Source of the DNA: Alphaproteobacteria bacterium
GTDB taxonomy: Bacteria > Pseudomonadota > Alphaproteobacteria > Rickettsiales > UBA998
NCBI GenBank assembly: GCA_043765375.1
Contig: JAYUJH010000041.1
Coordinates: 3,325-67,324, forward strand
Reading direction: 5' to 3'
DNA: 64,000 nucleotides
The notes beneath the pieces were generated by a model, which saw only the letters and a list, made by a program, of their open reading frames with translations, was not told the DNA's origin and made no database searches. How positions within the stretch are numbered: the first letter of the stretch is position 1; each line of letters begins with the position of its first letter. The translations under genes were made by a program, and so were the position numbers. This document shows positions 48,243-57,137 of this stretch, one piece after another.

Positions 48243-49597
48243 AGTTATTATGGCGTTGGGGGGTGATTGCGTTGGTGGTGGCGTGCGTTGCATCAATTAC
48301 AATTTGGTTGAAAAATAATGATGGTGGCGTGCAGATTAACTGGTTGGGTTATCAAATCAGCGCACCATTTTGGTTGTTAATATCGGCTATGATGGTGGTT
48401 TTATTCACCGTGGCAATGGCGATATGGGCGGTGATGCGCCTGAAGTTTTGGCGCAAAAAATCATCATTGCAACATAGTTTGAAAAATCAGCAAATGGGGT
48501 TGTCAGAGGTGACAAAATTGATAAGCTCGCTGGCACTTGGTGATGTGAAAGATGCGACAAAATATTTGCGTAATTGTAAAAAATTGTTAGGGTCGGATAA
48601 TGGGTTATATCAATTATTGGATTTTTATGTGGCTGCTAAAGATGGTGGGGATTTGCCACAAAATAACTTGGAAAAACTAGAGAAATTGACGCAATTAGAA
48701 AATTATAGTGAAACAAAATTGCTTAGTTATAGTGCTAAAGCGAATATGGCGTTGCAGCAAGGAGAGTTGCAAACAGCGTTGACTGAAGCAAAAAAACTCT
48801 ATGAAATGCAAGGAGATAATCCCCGCATTAATCAGCAATATTTGGGCTTGTTGTTGCAAAATGCAGAGTTTGCGTTGGCTGGGATTATGTTGAAAAAATC
48901 CCGTAAGAGTAAGGTTTTTACGGCGAAAAAACTGGATAAATTGCAAGCGATTATGTTTTTTATGCAGTTTAAGCAACAGCAGGAGCAGACTAGTTTATTG
49001 CAACAATCATTCAATTCATCACCAGATTTTGCACCTGCTTATGAGTGGATTATTGCAACGAATAAAACTTCGGCGAGAGATGACTTCTCTATGAAAGATG
49101 CGTGGAAAATGTTGCAAATAGCTTGGCAAGCGAACCCGCACCCTGAATTGGTGGAGATTATATTACAATATTTCAGCAATGAAGAACCACAGAAATTGCA
49201 AAAACAATTGCAGAAAATGAAAGATGCGCACCCAAATCATATTGAAACACAATGGTTGTTGGCGAACATGGCGATGGTTGGCAAGCATTATGATGTTGCA
49301 CGAAACCATTTGAAGGCGGGATTGGCGATTTCAGCGCAACAACGTTTTTATGGAATGTTGGTGCGCTTGGAGGAGCAAACCTCCGATGAAAAAGCTGCTA
49401 AAATATGGTTGCAAAAAATGGCAAATGCAAAGGCGGATCCATCATGGTTTTGTGATAATTGCGGGCATAATCATTCATATTGGCAGTTAAAATGTGATAA
49501 TTGCCATGTTTTTGCGGAAATGGAGTTTGGCGAAAATAATATTCATAATAGTAACAATAATATGTTGAAAAATCAGACTTATATTGGAATTATGTGA
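48239..49597 (+). CDS. HemY N-terminal domain/TPR protein with C-terminal zinc ribbon
   Basis: Two N-terminal TM helices (HemY_N look), TPR-like repeats, and the C-terminal WFCDNCGHNHSYWQLKCDNCHVF. Confidence 0.75.
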   Translation: MKLLWRWGVIALVVACVASITIWLKNNDGGVQINWLGYQISAPFWLLISAMMVVLFTVAMAIWAVMRLKFWRKKSSLQHSLKNQQMGLSEVTKLISSLALGDVKDATKYLRNCKKLLGSDNGLYQLLDFYVAAKDGGDLPQNNLEKLEKLTQLENYSETKLLSYSAKANMALQQGELQTALTEAKKLYEMQGDNPRINQQYLGLLLQNAEFALAGIMLKKSRKSKVFTAKKLDKLQAIMFFMQFKQQQEQTSLLQQSFNSSPDFAPAYEWIIATNKTSARDDFSMKDAWKMLQIAWQANPHPELVEIILQYFSNEEPQKLQKQLQKMKDAHPNHIETQWLLANMAMVGKHYDVARNHLKAGLAISAQQRFYGMLVRLEEQTSDEKAAKIWLQKMANAKADPSWFCDNCGHNHSYWQLKCDNCHVFAEMEFGENNIHNSNNNMLKNQTYIGIM

Positions 49598-49665
49598 TTT
49601 TATAATATTAGTAAAATCCATGATATATATAAAAATATTTGACAAATGCGTTGATTATAGGTTTG

Positions 49666-52600
49666 ATGGTGGCTATGGAAAATGATGGCAAATTGAAATA
49701 TTATTCATCTGAGCTGGAGCAGCATTTTGGCAAGCATGGTATGTATGATGCGAGTGATGAGCATGATGCTTGCGGGGTTGGTTTGGTCGCAGCGATTGAT
49801 GGCAACCCAAGGCGTGAAGTGATTGATAAAGCGATTGCTGCGCTGAAATCTGTGTGGCATCGTGGGGCGGTGAATGGTGATGGCAAAACGGGCGACGGTG
49901 CGGGAATCCATTTGCAATTACCGCATAATTTTTTCGCAAGCGTTGTGCCAACATATGCACAAGCGATTGCTGAAGGCGCGCCTGTTGGGGTGGGAATGTT
50001 GTTTCTGCCACGCACAGATGCGGGAGCGCAGGAAGAGGCAAAACTGATTATTGAAACGGAGATTGCTCGCCTTAATATGCGCATAATAGGGTGGCGACAA
50101 GTGCCAATTCGCCCTGAAATTATTGGTGATGATGCTAATTTCACTCGCCCTGAAATTATGCAGGTGTTTATTCGTGGTGCTGTTGCGCCCCTTAAAAATA
50201 TATTCACCCCCCCTCCCAACCTCCCCCCGCAAGGGGGGGAGGAGCCGTTTGCGAACGACCCTCCAGAGCAAAAACGAGGGGAGGAGCTGTTTGCGAACGA
50301 CCCCCCAGAACAGAAAATGAGCTTTGCTTCTACGCAAAAAATGGAGCAGGAGTTTAGCGCAGACAATGCGCAGAGGGATAAAAATAATGATGAGTTTGAA
50401 CGCAATTTATATATTATTCGCCGTCGTATTGAGCGTAAATTACGGCAAGCAGCGATTAATGATTGCTATATTTGCTCGCTTTCAAGCCGTATTATAATTT
50501 ATAAAGGCCTGTTTCAAGCATCGCATTTGAGTGTGTTTTATCCTGAATTGAACAATCCGTTGCTTGTTTCATCATATGCTATTTTTCATCAGCGATTTTC
50601 CACTAATACCGCACCAAGTTGGGCGATGGCGCAGCCTTTTCGTATGGTAGCGCATAATGGTGAGATTAACACGCTTCGTGGCAATGTGAACTGGATGAGC
50701 AGCTATGAGGCTTGTTTTGGGGCGGAAGTTTTTGCCCATGCGATTGAGGATTTAACCCCGATTGTGCCACCGAGTGGTTCTGACACTGCAATGCTTGATG
50801 CGGTGATGGAGTTTATCACTTTATCAGGCAAGAAATTACCATTTTCAAAGTTGATGTTGATTCCGCCAGCTTGGCGCAAAGATGATGATTTGATTGAGGA
50901 TTCACACAAAGCATTATATGAATATGCAAATTGTTTAATGTCACCATGGGACGGCCCCGCAGCGATTGTGGCGTGTGATGGTAATTGGGTGGTTGCAGGG
51001 ACTGACCGCAATGGGTTGCGCCCTTTGCGTTATGCGATAACTAAGGATGGGTTGCTTACCGTTGGTTCAGAAACTGGAATGGTAGCATTAGCGAGTGATG
51101 ATGTGTTGCACTTGGGGCAGCTTTCACCAGGGCAGTTGATCGGGGTGGATTTATGCACGGGTAAATATTACGGTGATGTGGAGCTGAAAAATTATTTGGC
51201 AAGTGCAGCTGATTATGCAGACAAAATCGCTAATATTAAAGAGATTAGGATTGGGGGGGTTAAGGTTGTTGAAGATGATGTTAATCAAAATGAAGTATTA
51301 AATATATCTGAGAATGATAATCAATCGCATGATGTTAGTTCGCTATTAAATCAGCAATTTGCAGCGGGATTTTCGGCAGAAGATATTGATATGATAATAT
51401 TGCCAATGTTGCGTGATGGCAAGGAGGCTGTTGGTTCAATGGGTGATGATACGCCTTTGGCAGTGATGTCTTCACATTATCGTGGGTTGCATCATTTTTT
51501 CAGGCAGCATTTTTCACAAGTAACCAATCCACCGATTGACCCGTTGCGTGAGGCTCATGCGATGAGTTTGGCGACAAAAGTTGGTATGGTGCGCAATATT
51601 TTGGGAGAAAATCCAGATTTATCAGCGATAGTTCATTTGGATACGCCAATTTTGATGCAAGCGGAAATGCAAGCATTGCTCGCACATTTTGCGGGGCTTC
51701 ATTCATGTGTGTTGGATTGCACTTATGGCGCAAGCGATGATGCAGATGCGTTGCGTAATGCGATTGATGAATTAATCATGCAAGCTGATGACGCAATCAA
51801 GCATGGGGCGCAAATGCTGGTTTTATGTGATATGAACGCGGGGGCGGATAGGTTGGTTATTCCAGCAATTTTGGCAGCGGCAGCCGTGCATACTCATATG
51901 GTGAATCTGCGCAAACGTAAGCAATTATCAATTATTTCACGAACATCATGTGTGTGTGATACTCATAGCATGGCAGTGCTGATTGGCGTGGGAGCAACGG
52001 CGGTATATCCATATTTGATGGAGCAAACGGCTCGGAGTTTATGCGATGCTGGTAAGGTGAAATATGTAACAAAAACTTTACCAATACAATCTTCAGTTAT
52101 ACCCTCTCCTCAACCCACTTTTCCCTCTCCCCTAGCCCCTCTCCCAGAGGGCGAGGGGAACTCTCTCAAAAATCATATTGCCCTCTCCCCACCAATTACC
52201 TCACCCCTCACCCCTACCCTCTCCCAAGGGGAGAGGGAGGCACTCAATCAGCAGCATTACTCTAAATTAAGCCGATATATGGTTGAGTTTGCTAGAGAAT
52301 TGCGTCAGAACTCCTCAAACGTGCAGCAAGCATTATGGCAAGTTTTACGCAATAGTAATTTACAAGTCAAGTTTCGTAGGCAACACCCGATTGATAACTT
52401 AATTATAGATTTTTATTGCCATGAATTAAAATTAGGAATTGAGATATTTAAGGTTAAGGCAGAATTATCAAAACAACAATATCTGCAAACTAAAAATATT
52501 AAATTATTACAATTTGATAATCAAGAAATGCTGAAAGATGTTGGTAAGTTCATAAATATCATTATTGATGAAATTGAAATGCGCCAGAAACTCAGCATTC

Positions 52601-55176
52601 AAGATAAAGACAGCATTCAAAAATATAGTTCTGGATTTAGCGTTCCCTCTCCCAAAGGGAGAGGGCAGGGTGAGGTTATCTCCCCTCTCCTCATAGGAGA
52701 GGGGCAGGGGGTGAGGTCTGGTAGTGATATTTCTATAATTGAGTTTGAGCAAGCTATTAAAAATCTGCGTCATGCTTATGAACAGGGTATGTTGAAGATT
52801 ATGTCAAAAATGGGCATTTCGGTGATAAGTTCGTATCGTGGAGGGCGCAATTTTGATGCAATTGGTCTATCACGTTCACTGGTGGCGGAGTTTTTTCCGG
52901 GGTTGGTTTCTCGCATTTCGGGGATTGGGTTGCAGGAGTTGCAGCGTAAAATCAAGGATTTGCATGATGTGGCTTATAATAAAAAAAATCCGTTAGCAAT
53001 TGGGAGCCTACCAATAGGGGGCCTACCAATTGGAGGCCTACCAATAGGAGGATTTTATCGTTATCGCAATAATGGTGAAAAACATGCTTATGAAGGTGAA
53101 TTAATTCATCGTTTGCAAACGGCATGTGCTACGGGGAGTTATAAACAATATCTAGATTTCGTCAGTGGAGTTGCTAAGCAAGAAGCAATTCACATACGTT
53201 CACTGTTTGAGTTTAACTCGGATCGCAAAGCAATTTTGTTGCAGGAAGTGGAATCTGTGCAAAATATTCGCAAGCGTTTTGTTGCCCCCGCCATGTCACT
53301 TGGGTCGCTAAGTCCAGAGGCACATCATACGCTAGCAATTGCTATGAACCGTATCGGAGCGGCGAGTAATTCGGGCGAAGGTGGTGAAGGAGCAGAGCGA
53401 TATTATCCGTTAGCCAATGGTGATAATCCTAATTCTAGCATCAAACAAGTTGCATCGGGGCGTTTTGGGGTAACAGCGCAATATTTGCAACATTGCTCGG
53501 AGATTCAAATAAAGGTGGCGCAAGGAGCAAAACCGGGTGAAGGGGGGCAGTTGCCATCATTCAAAGTGACGGCTGAAATTGCTCGGTTGCGCCATACAAC
53601 TATTGGCACAATGTTAATTTCACCACCGCCACATCATGATATATATTCCATAGAAGATTTAGCGCAGTTAATTTATGACCTTAAACAAATTAATCCGAAT
53701 GCGATTGTGTCCGTCAAGTTGGTGGCGCAATCAGGAATTGGGACGATTGCAAGCGGGGTGGTGAAAGCGTTGGCGGATAAAATCATTATTTCAGGGCATG
53801 TGGGAGGAACTGGTGCAAGCCCGCTTTCTAGCATAAAATATGCTGGTGTTCCTTGGGAAATGGGGCTGGCGGAGGTGAGCCAAGTTCTTGCGATTAATAA
53901 ACTCCGTCATAGGGTGCGGTTGCAAACTGATGGCGGTTTGAAAGTTGGGCGTGATATTGTGATTGCCGCTATGCTTGGTGCAGATGAATATGCAATTGGA
54001 ACACTTTCATTGGTGGCGATGGGTTGTTTGATGGTGCGACAATGTCATAGCAACACTTGCCCCGTTGGGATTTGCACGCAAAATGAGCAATTACGCAAGC
54101 ATTTTGATGGCACGCCAGAGAAGGTGATTAACCTGATGAGCTTTATCGCTGAAGATGTGCGTCATATTTTGGCAGATTTGGGTTATTCCTCGCTTAATGA
54201 AATTATCGGCCGCACTGATTTGTTGCGGCAAATGGTGCATGAAAATGCGGATATTAATATGTTGGATTTAACGCCGTTACTCACCCGACCAACTTTACAC
54301 AATGCAGAAATGAAGCAAGATTCACGCCCCTATAACCCTGTTGCAGATGCGTTGGATAGCAAGATTATCGCTGAAGCAGGAGAATCACTAAGGTTGGGGC
54401 AGAAAGTGCAGTTGAATTATACGGTGCATAATACTGACCGAACCATAGGAGCGGGTCTTTCACATTATTTGTTGAAGCATCATAGTGATATGAGTGGTGA
54501 TATGAGACTAACAGATACCATGCTAACAGATAATTTAGTGCAGCTTTCATTGCAAGGGACAGCGGGGCAATCACTTGGAGCATTTTTGGTGCATGGCGTG
54601 GTGATTAATTTGCAAGGTGATGCGAATGATTATGTTGGCAAAGGGCTTTCAGGCGGGCGAATTATTGTGCGCCCTGACCCTGCATCGGGGCTTGTGAGCC
54701 AACAAAATGCAATTATTGGTAACACAGTGCTTTATGGCGCAACTAGTGGAGAATTATATGCGGCGGGGATTGCGGGTGAGCGTTTTGCGGTGCGTAACTC
54801 GGGGGCGATAGCGGTGATTGAGGGTTGCGGTTCAAACGCACTGGAATATATGACTGGTGGTGTGGTGGTGATACTCGGCAAAACTGGTAATAATATAGCA
54901 GCGGGAATGACGGGCGGAATTGCTTATATTTATGATGAAACTTTGATTGATGGGCGGGGATTATTACCGCAATTAATTAATAATGAAAATGTGGTTTGTA
55001 AAAATATGGTTTATAAAAACATAGTTTATAATGGGGTTTCAGATGCGGAGCATATTGTGAAATTGCAGCAATTAATTGAAAAGCATGTGCGCTATACTGG
55101 TTCAATATATGCGCAAAATATTTTGGAGAGTTGGGAGCAAAGTTTGCAATGCTTTTGGGTGGTGCAACCAAAATAA
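49666..55176 (+). CDS. gltB: glutamate synthase large subunit, with several in-frame insertions
   Basis: All four GltB domains are recognisable: Ntn amidotransferase CGVGLVA...; central FFRQHFSQVTNPPIDPLRE; FMN domain QVASGRFGV...KPGEGGQLP...ISPPPHHDIYSIEDLAQLI; C-terminal GXGXG beta-helix. The start is ambiguous (TTG 49639, ATG 49666, ATG 49675). Length is about 1840 aa, against about 1500 expected. Confidence 0.9.
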   Translation: MVAMENDGKLKYYSSELEQHFGKHGMYDASDEHDACGVGLVAAIDGNPRREVIDKAIAALKSVWHRGAVNGDGKTGDGAGIHLQLPHNFFASVVPTYAQAIAEGAPVGVGMLFLPRTDAGAQEEAKLIIETEIARLNMRIIGWRQVPIRPEIIGDDANFTRPEIMQVFIRGAVAPLKNIFTPPPNLPPQGGEEPFANDPPEQKRGEELFANDPPEQKMSFASTQKMEQEFSADNAQRDKNNDEFERNLYIIRRRIERKLRQAAINDCYICSLSSRIIIYKGLFQASHLSVFYPELNNPLLVSSYAIFHQRFSTNTAPSWAMAQPFRMVAHNGEINTLRGNVNWMSSYEACFGAEVFAHAIEDLTPIVPPSGSDTAMLDAVMEFITLSGKKLPFSKLMLIPPAWRKDDDLIEDSHKALYEYANCLMSPWDGPAAIVACDGNWVVAGTDRNGLRPLRYAITKDGLLTVGSETGMVALASDDVLHLGQLSPGQLIGVDLCTGKYYGDVELKNYLASAADYADKIANIKEIRIGGVKVVEDDVNQNEVLNISENDNQSHDVSSLLNQQFAAGFSAEDIDMIILPMLRDGKEAVGSMGDDTPLAVMSSHYRGLHHFFRQHFSQVTNPPIDPLREAHAMSLATKVGMVRNILGENPDLSAIVHLDTPILMQAEMQALLAHFAGLHSCVLDCTYGASDDADALRNAIDELIMQADDAIKHGAQMLVLCDMNAGADRLVIPAILAAAAVHTHMVNLRKRKQLSIISRTSCVCDTHSMAVLIGVGATAVYPYLMEQTARSLCDAGKVKYVTKTLPIQSSVIPSPQPTFPSPLAPLPEGEGNSLKNHIALSPPITSPLTPTLSQGEREALNQQHYSKLSRYMVEFARELRQNSSNVQQALWQVLRNSNLQVKFRRQHPIDNLIIDFYCHELKLGIEIFKVKAELSKQQYLQTKNIKLLQFDNQEMLKDVGKFINIIIDEIEMRQKLSIQDKDSIQKYSSGFSVPSPKGRGQGEVISPLLIGEGQGVRSGSDISIIEFEQAIKNLRHAYEQGMLKIMSKMGISVISSYRGGRNFDAIGLSRSLVAEFFPGLVSRISGIGLQELQRKIKDLHDVAYNKKNPLAIGSLPIGGLPIGGLPIGGFYRYRNNGEKHAYEGELIHRLQTACATGSYKQYLDFVSGVAKQEAIHIRSLFEFNSDRKAILLQEVESVQNIRKRFVAPAMSLGSLSPEAHHTLAIAMNRIGAASNSGEGGEGAERYYPLANGDNPNSSIKQVASGRFGVTAQYLQHCSEIQIKVAQGAKPGEGGQLPSFKVTAEIARLRHTTIGTMLISPPPHHDIYSIEDLAQLIYDLKQINPNAIVSVKLVAQSGIGTIASGVVKALADKIIISGHVGGTGASPLSSIKYAGVPWEMGLAEVSQVLAINKLRHRVRLQTDGGLKVGRDIVIAAMLGADEYAIGTLSLVAMGCLMVRQCHSNTCPVGICTQNEQLRKHFDGTPEKVINLMSFIAEDVRHILADLGYSSLNEIIGRTDLLRQMVHENADINMLDLTPLLTRPTLHNAEMKQDSRPYNPVADALDSKIIAEAGESLRLGQKVQLNYTVHNTDRTIGAGLSHYLLKHHSDMSGDMRLTDTMLTDNLVQLSLQGTAGQSLGAFLVHGVVINLQGDANDYVGKGLSGGRIIVRPDPASGLVSQQNAIIGNTVLYGATSGELYAAGIAGERFAVRNSGAIAVIEGCGSNALEYMTGGVVVILGKTGNNIAAGMTGGIAYIYDETLIDGRGLLPQLINNENVVCKNMVYKNIVYNGVSDAEHIVKLQQLIEKHVRYTGSIYAQNILESWEQSLQCFWVVQPK
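50205..50320 (+). repeat. in-frame GC-rich hairpin plus 42-nt tandem duplication inside gltB
   Basis: CCTCCCCCC-GCAA-GGGGGGGAGG (50220-50242), followed by two 42-nt units encoding GEEPFANDPPEQKR / GEELFANDPPEQKM. Confidence 0.75.
52085..52735 (+). mobile_element. in-frame insertion in gltB: degenerate DUF559/Vsr-like endonuclease domain flanked by two GC-rich hairpins on each side
   Basis: Core ~52270-52590 encodes FARELRQNSSNVQQALWQVLRNSNLQVKFRRQHPIDNLIIDFYCHELKLGIEI...LLQFDNQEM. Hairpins lie at 52136-52158, 52217-52237, 52645-52665 and 52682-52704. No stop codon. GltB-like sequence resumes at FEQAIKNLRHAYEQGMLKIMSKMG. Confidence 0.7.
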
Positions 55177-55240
55177 TATGTTGCGAAATACTTATTTTAT
55201 AATATATAATGGAAAATAAAATATTTTTTAGGTAAATAGA

Positions 55241-55963
55241 ATGCATAGTTTTTCAATTAATAGTAAATCGATAGTTTTTATTTCAGAAGCTGTAGGTAAT
55301 ATTGTTTCACAAAATGGAATAGATATTATAACATCATCGAATAATTCTATTGATAATAAAAAAATACCAGCATTTTATGTTAATCAATTTGATTTAAGTG
55401 AAAACAAAGTCATAGATAAAACTTGGGAAGAAGAAGAAAGACCAGTTTATACCGGGGTTGAAGCAAATATAATTTATAAAAATGGAATAAATATTGCAGC
55501 GCAATTCAATAGATTAATGGTAGCTAATAATAAACAAGATATATCTGACACAGTATTCACGACTAAAGCAAAAAATTTGTATAAAATGCTTAATGATAAA
55601 GAAATAAAACCTAATCAAATAGGATTAAATTTTTTCATGTTATTAAGTTGTGAAAATTGCGATGATTATATTAATGATAACTTTTTGAATAAAAGCGTAT
55701 TTTCAAAACTAGGAAAATCAGTGTTGCAACCTTACGTAAGAGTTTCATATGAAATTACAGAATATGAAAAATTAAATATAGCAATTTACACAGCTAAAAA
55801 AGAAAATATCAAGAACAACACTATGTCGGGAGATGAATTTGTTGTGCTTGAAGCCAATTATCATTATGAATTAAAATCTGAAAATACCTCTGCAAACATT
55901 ATAATAGATAACAGCAAGAAAAAATTAGATTTACTTAAAAAGTTATTTTCCATAGAGTCTTAA
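55241..55963 (+). CDS. hypothetical protein (240 aa), remote paralog of ORF 542..1210
   Basis: Very AT-rich intact ORF 64 nt after gltB. Shares blocks with the 222-aa ORF (see that entry). Confidence 0.55.
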   Translation: MHSFSINSKSIVFISEAVGNIVSQNGIDIITSSNNSIDNKKIPAFYVNQFDLSENKVIDKTWEEEERPVYTGVEANIIYKNGINIAAQFNRLMVANNKQDISDTVFTTKAKNLYKMLNDKEIKPNQIGLNFFMLLSCENCDDYINDNFLNKSVFSKLGKSVLQPYVRVSYEITEYEKLNIAIYTAKKENIKNNTMSGDEFVVLEANYHYELKSENTSANIIIDNSKKKLDLLKKLFSIES

Positions 55964-55966
55964 GCA

Positions 55967-56359
55967 ATGAACTCACCAACAATACCTACAGGAACAGTTA
56001 CTAACCCAGCATTATCTTCAACCGCAGCTAGTGCAAGTTTCACAGTTTCACCGCCTCAATTAACACAGGTTCCTAATCAAGGTAGCAAAGGCTGGATGAA
56101 ATATTTTAATAACACTCCTGTTATTTCCGTAATTGTATGTTTAATTGCAACTATAATAGGCATGGCTATTAATATTTACTATAAGGATAACAGTCAAGTA
56201 ACTACAGATATTGTAAACTTGGCTGATAAACTTGAGACAATAAATAATAATTTGATAAACAACAATAATTCTATTAATGCAAAGATAGATAATCTGGATG
56301 TTAGATTAACTCATAGAATAGATTTGCTTTTTCAAGATAATAAAAACAAAATAAAATGA
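55967..56359 (+). CDS. small membrane protein: Pro/Ser/Thr-rich head, TM helix, Asn-rich coiled coil (130 aa)
   Basis: Starts 3 nt after the previous stop. TM VISVIVCLIATIIGMAINIY, then DIVNLADKLETINNNL...IDNLDVRLTHRIDLL. Its stop overlaps the SDR start (ATGA). Confidence 0.5.
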   Translation: MNSPTIPTGTVTNPALSSTAASASFTVSPPQLTQVPNQGSKGWMKYFNNTPVISVIVCLIATIIGMAINIYYKDNSQVTTDIVNLADKLETINNNLINNNNSINAKIDNLDVRLTHRIDLLFQDNKNKIK

Positions 56360-57123
56360 AACATGCACTAATCACGGGGGCGGCGAAACGAGTTGGGCGA
56401 GAAATTGCCTTGCATTTGGCAGCTAATGGCTATGATATTACTATTCATTATAATGATTCATATGATGAAGCGTGCCAAACCAAGCATGATGTTGAATTGC
56501 ATAATGTGAAATGTTGGTTGGTGCAAGCTGATTTGAGTGATTTGCATCAGGCTGGTGAGATTGTGCAAAAAGCATATGCGCAAGGTGGGGAAATAACTTT
56601 ATTAATTAACAACGCATCATTATTTTTGAAAGATGATTTGGCAAATGTTACAGCGCAATCATTGCAATCCCACATGAATATTAATTGTTTTAGTGCGGTG
56701 ATGTTGACGCAAGAATTGTTGAAACAAAAAATGGAGGCGCATAGTTCGTCACTCAATAATTTGTCACCGACGCAAGTGATATGTTTGCTTGATGGTATGA
56801 ATAGTTGGAGTATCTCGCCTAATTTTTTGGCTTATTCACTGAGCAAGCAAGCATTGGAGCAGTTCATAAAATTGCAAGCGGCAAGCCTTGCACCGCATAT
56901 TCGCCTGAATGGAATTGCACTCGGGGCAACCATGTGCGGGCATATGGATAAGGAAGATACATTTGCAAAAATTGCTGAATTAAGCCCGCTTAAACGAGTT
57001 AGCAACCCGCAAGAAGTGTGTGACGCTGTGATGTTTTTGGAGAATATTCCAACAATCACGGGGCAGATTATTTCGCTCTCAAGTGGGTTTAATTTGCAAT
57101 CAATTAGTGGTGCTAGGTTTTAG
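56356..57123 (+). CDS. SDR family oxidoreductase (pteridine-reductase-like)
   Basis: Cofactor motif ALITGAAKRVGREIA, NNAS, catalytic YSLSK. Confidence 0.82.
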   Translation: MKHALITGAAKRVGREIALHLAANGYDITIHYNDSYDEACQTKHDVELHNVKCWLVQADLSDLHQAGEIVQKAYAQGGEITLLINNASLFLKDDLANVTAQSLQSHMNINCFSAVMLTQELLKQKMEAHSSSLNNLSPTQVICLLDGMNSWSISPNFLAYSLSKQALEQFIKLQAASLAPHIRLNGIALGATMCGHMDKEDTFAKIAELSPLKRVSNPQEVCDAVMFLENIPTITGQIISLSSGFNLQSISGARF

Positions 57124-57137
57124 TAAATTAGGGGCTA

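Noticed and set aside
49701-50405. 234-aa minus-strand ORF, plus several other 60-140-aa ORFs antisense to gltB
   Set aside because: It lies entirely inside the well-supported gltB frame. It is kept open partly by the GC-rich repeat, has no start context, and has low-complexity translation. The same reasoning applies to most antisense track ORFs inside glyA, sucA, tkt, g15, flhA and others (for example 1265-1630, 32425-32958, 37146-37598).
52085-52735. The gltB insertion as an intein
   Set aside because: No intein splicing blocks are present. There is no Cys/Ser/Thr at the apparent N-junction and no His-Asn followed by Cys/Ser/Thr at the C-junction. The nuclease-like core is DUF559/Vsr-like rather than LAGLIDADG or HNH. 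The flanks are nucleotide-level hairpins, which points to a DNA-element insertion.
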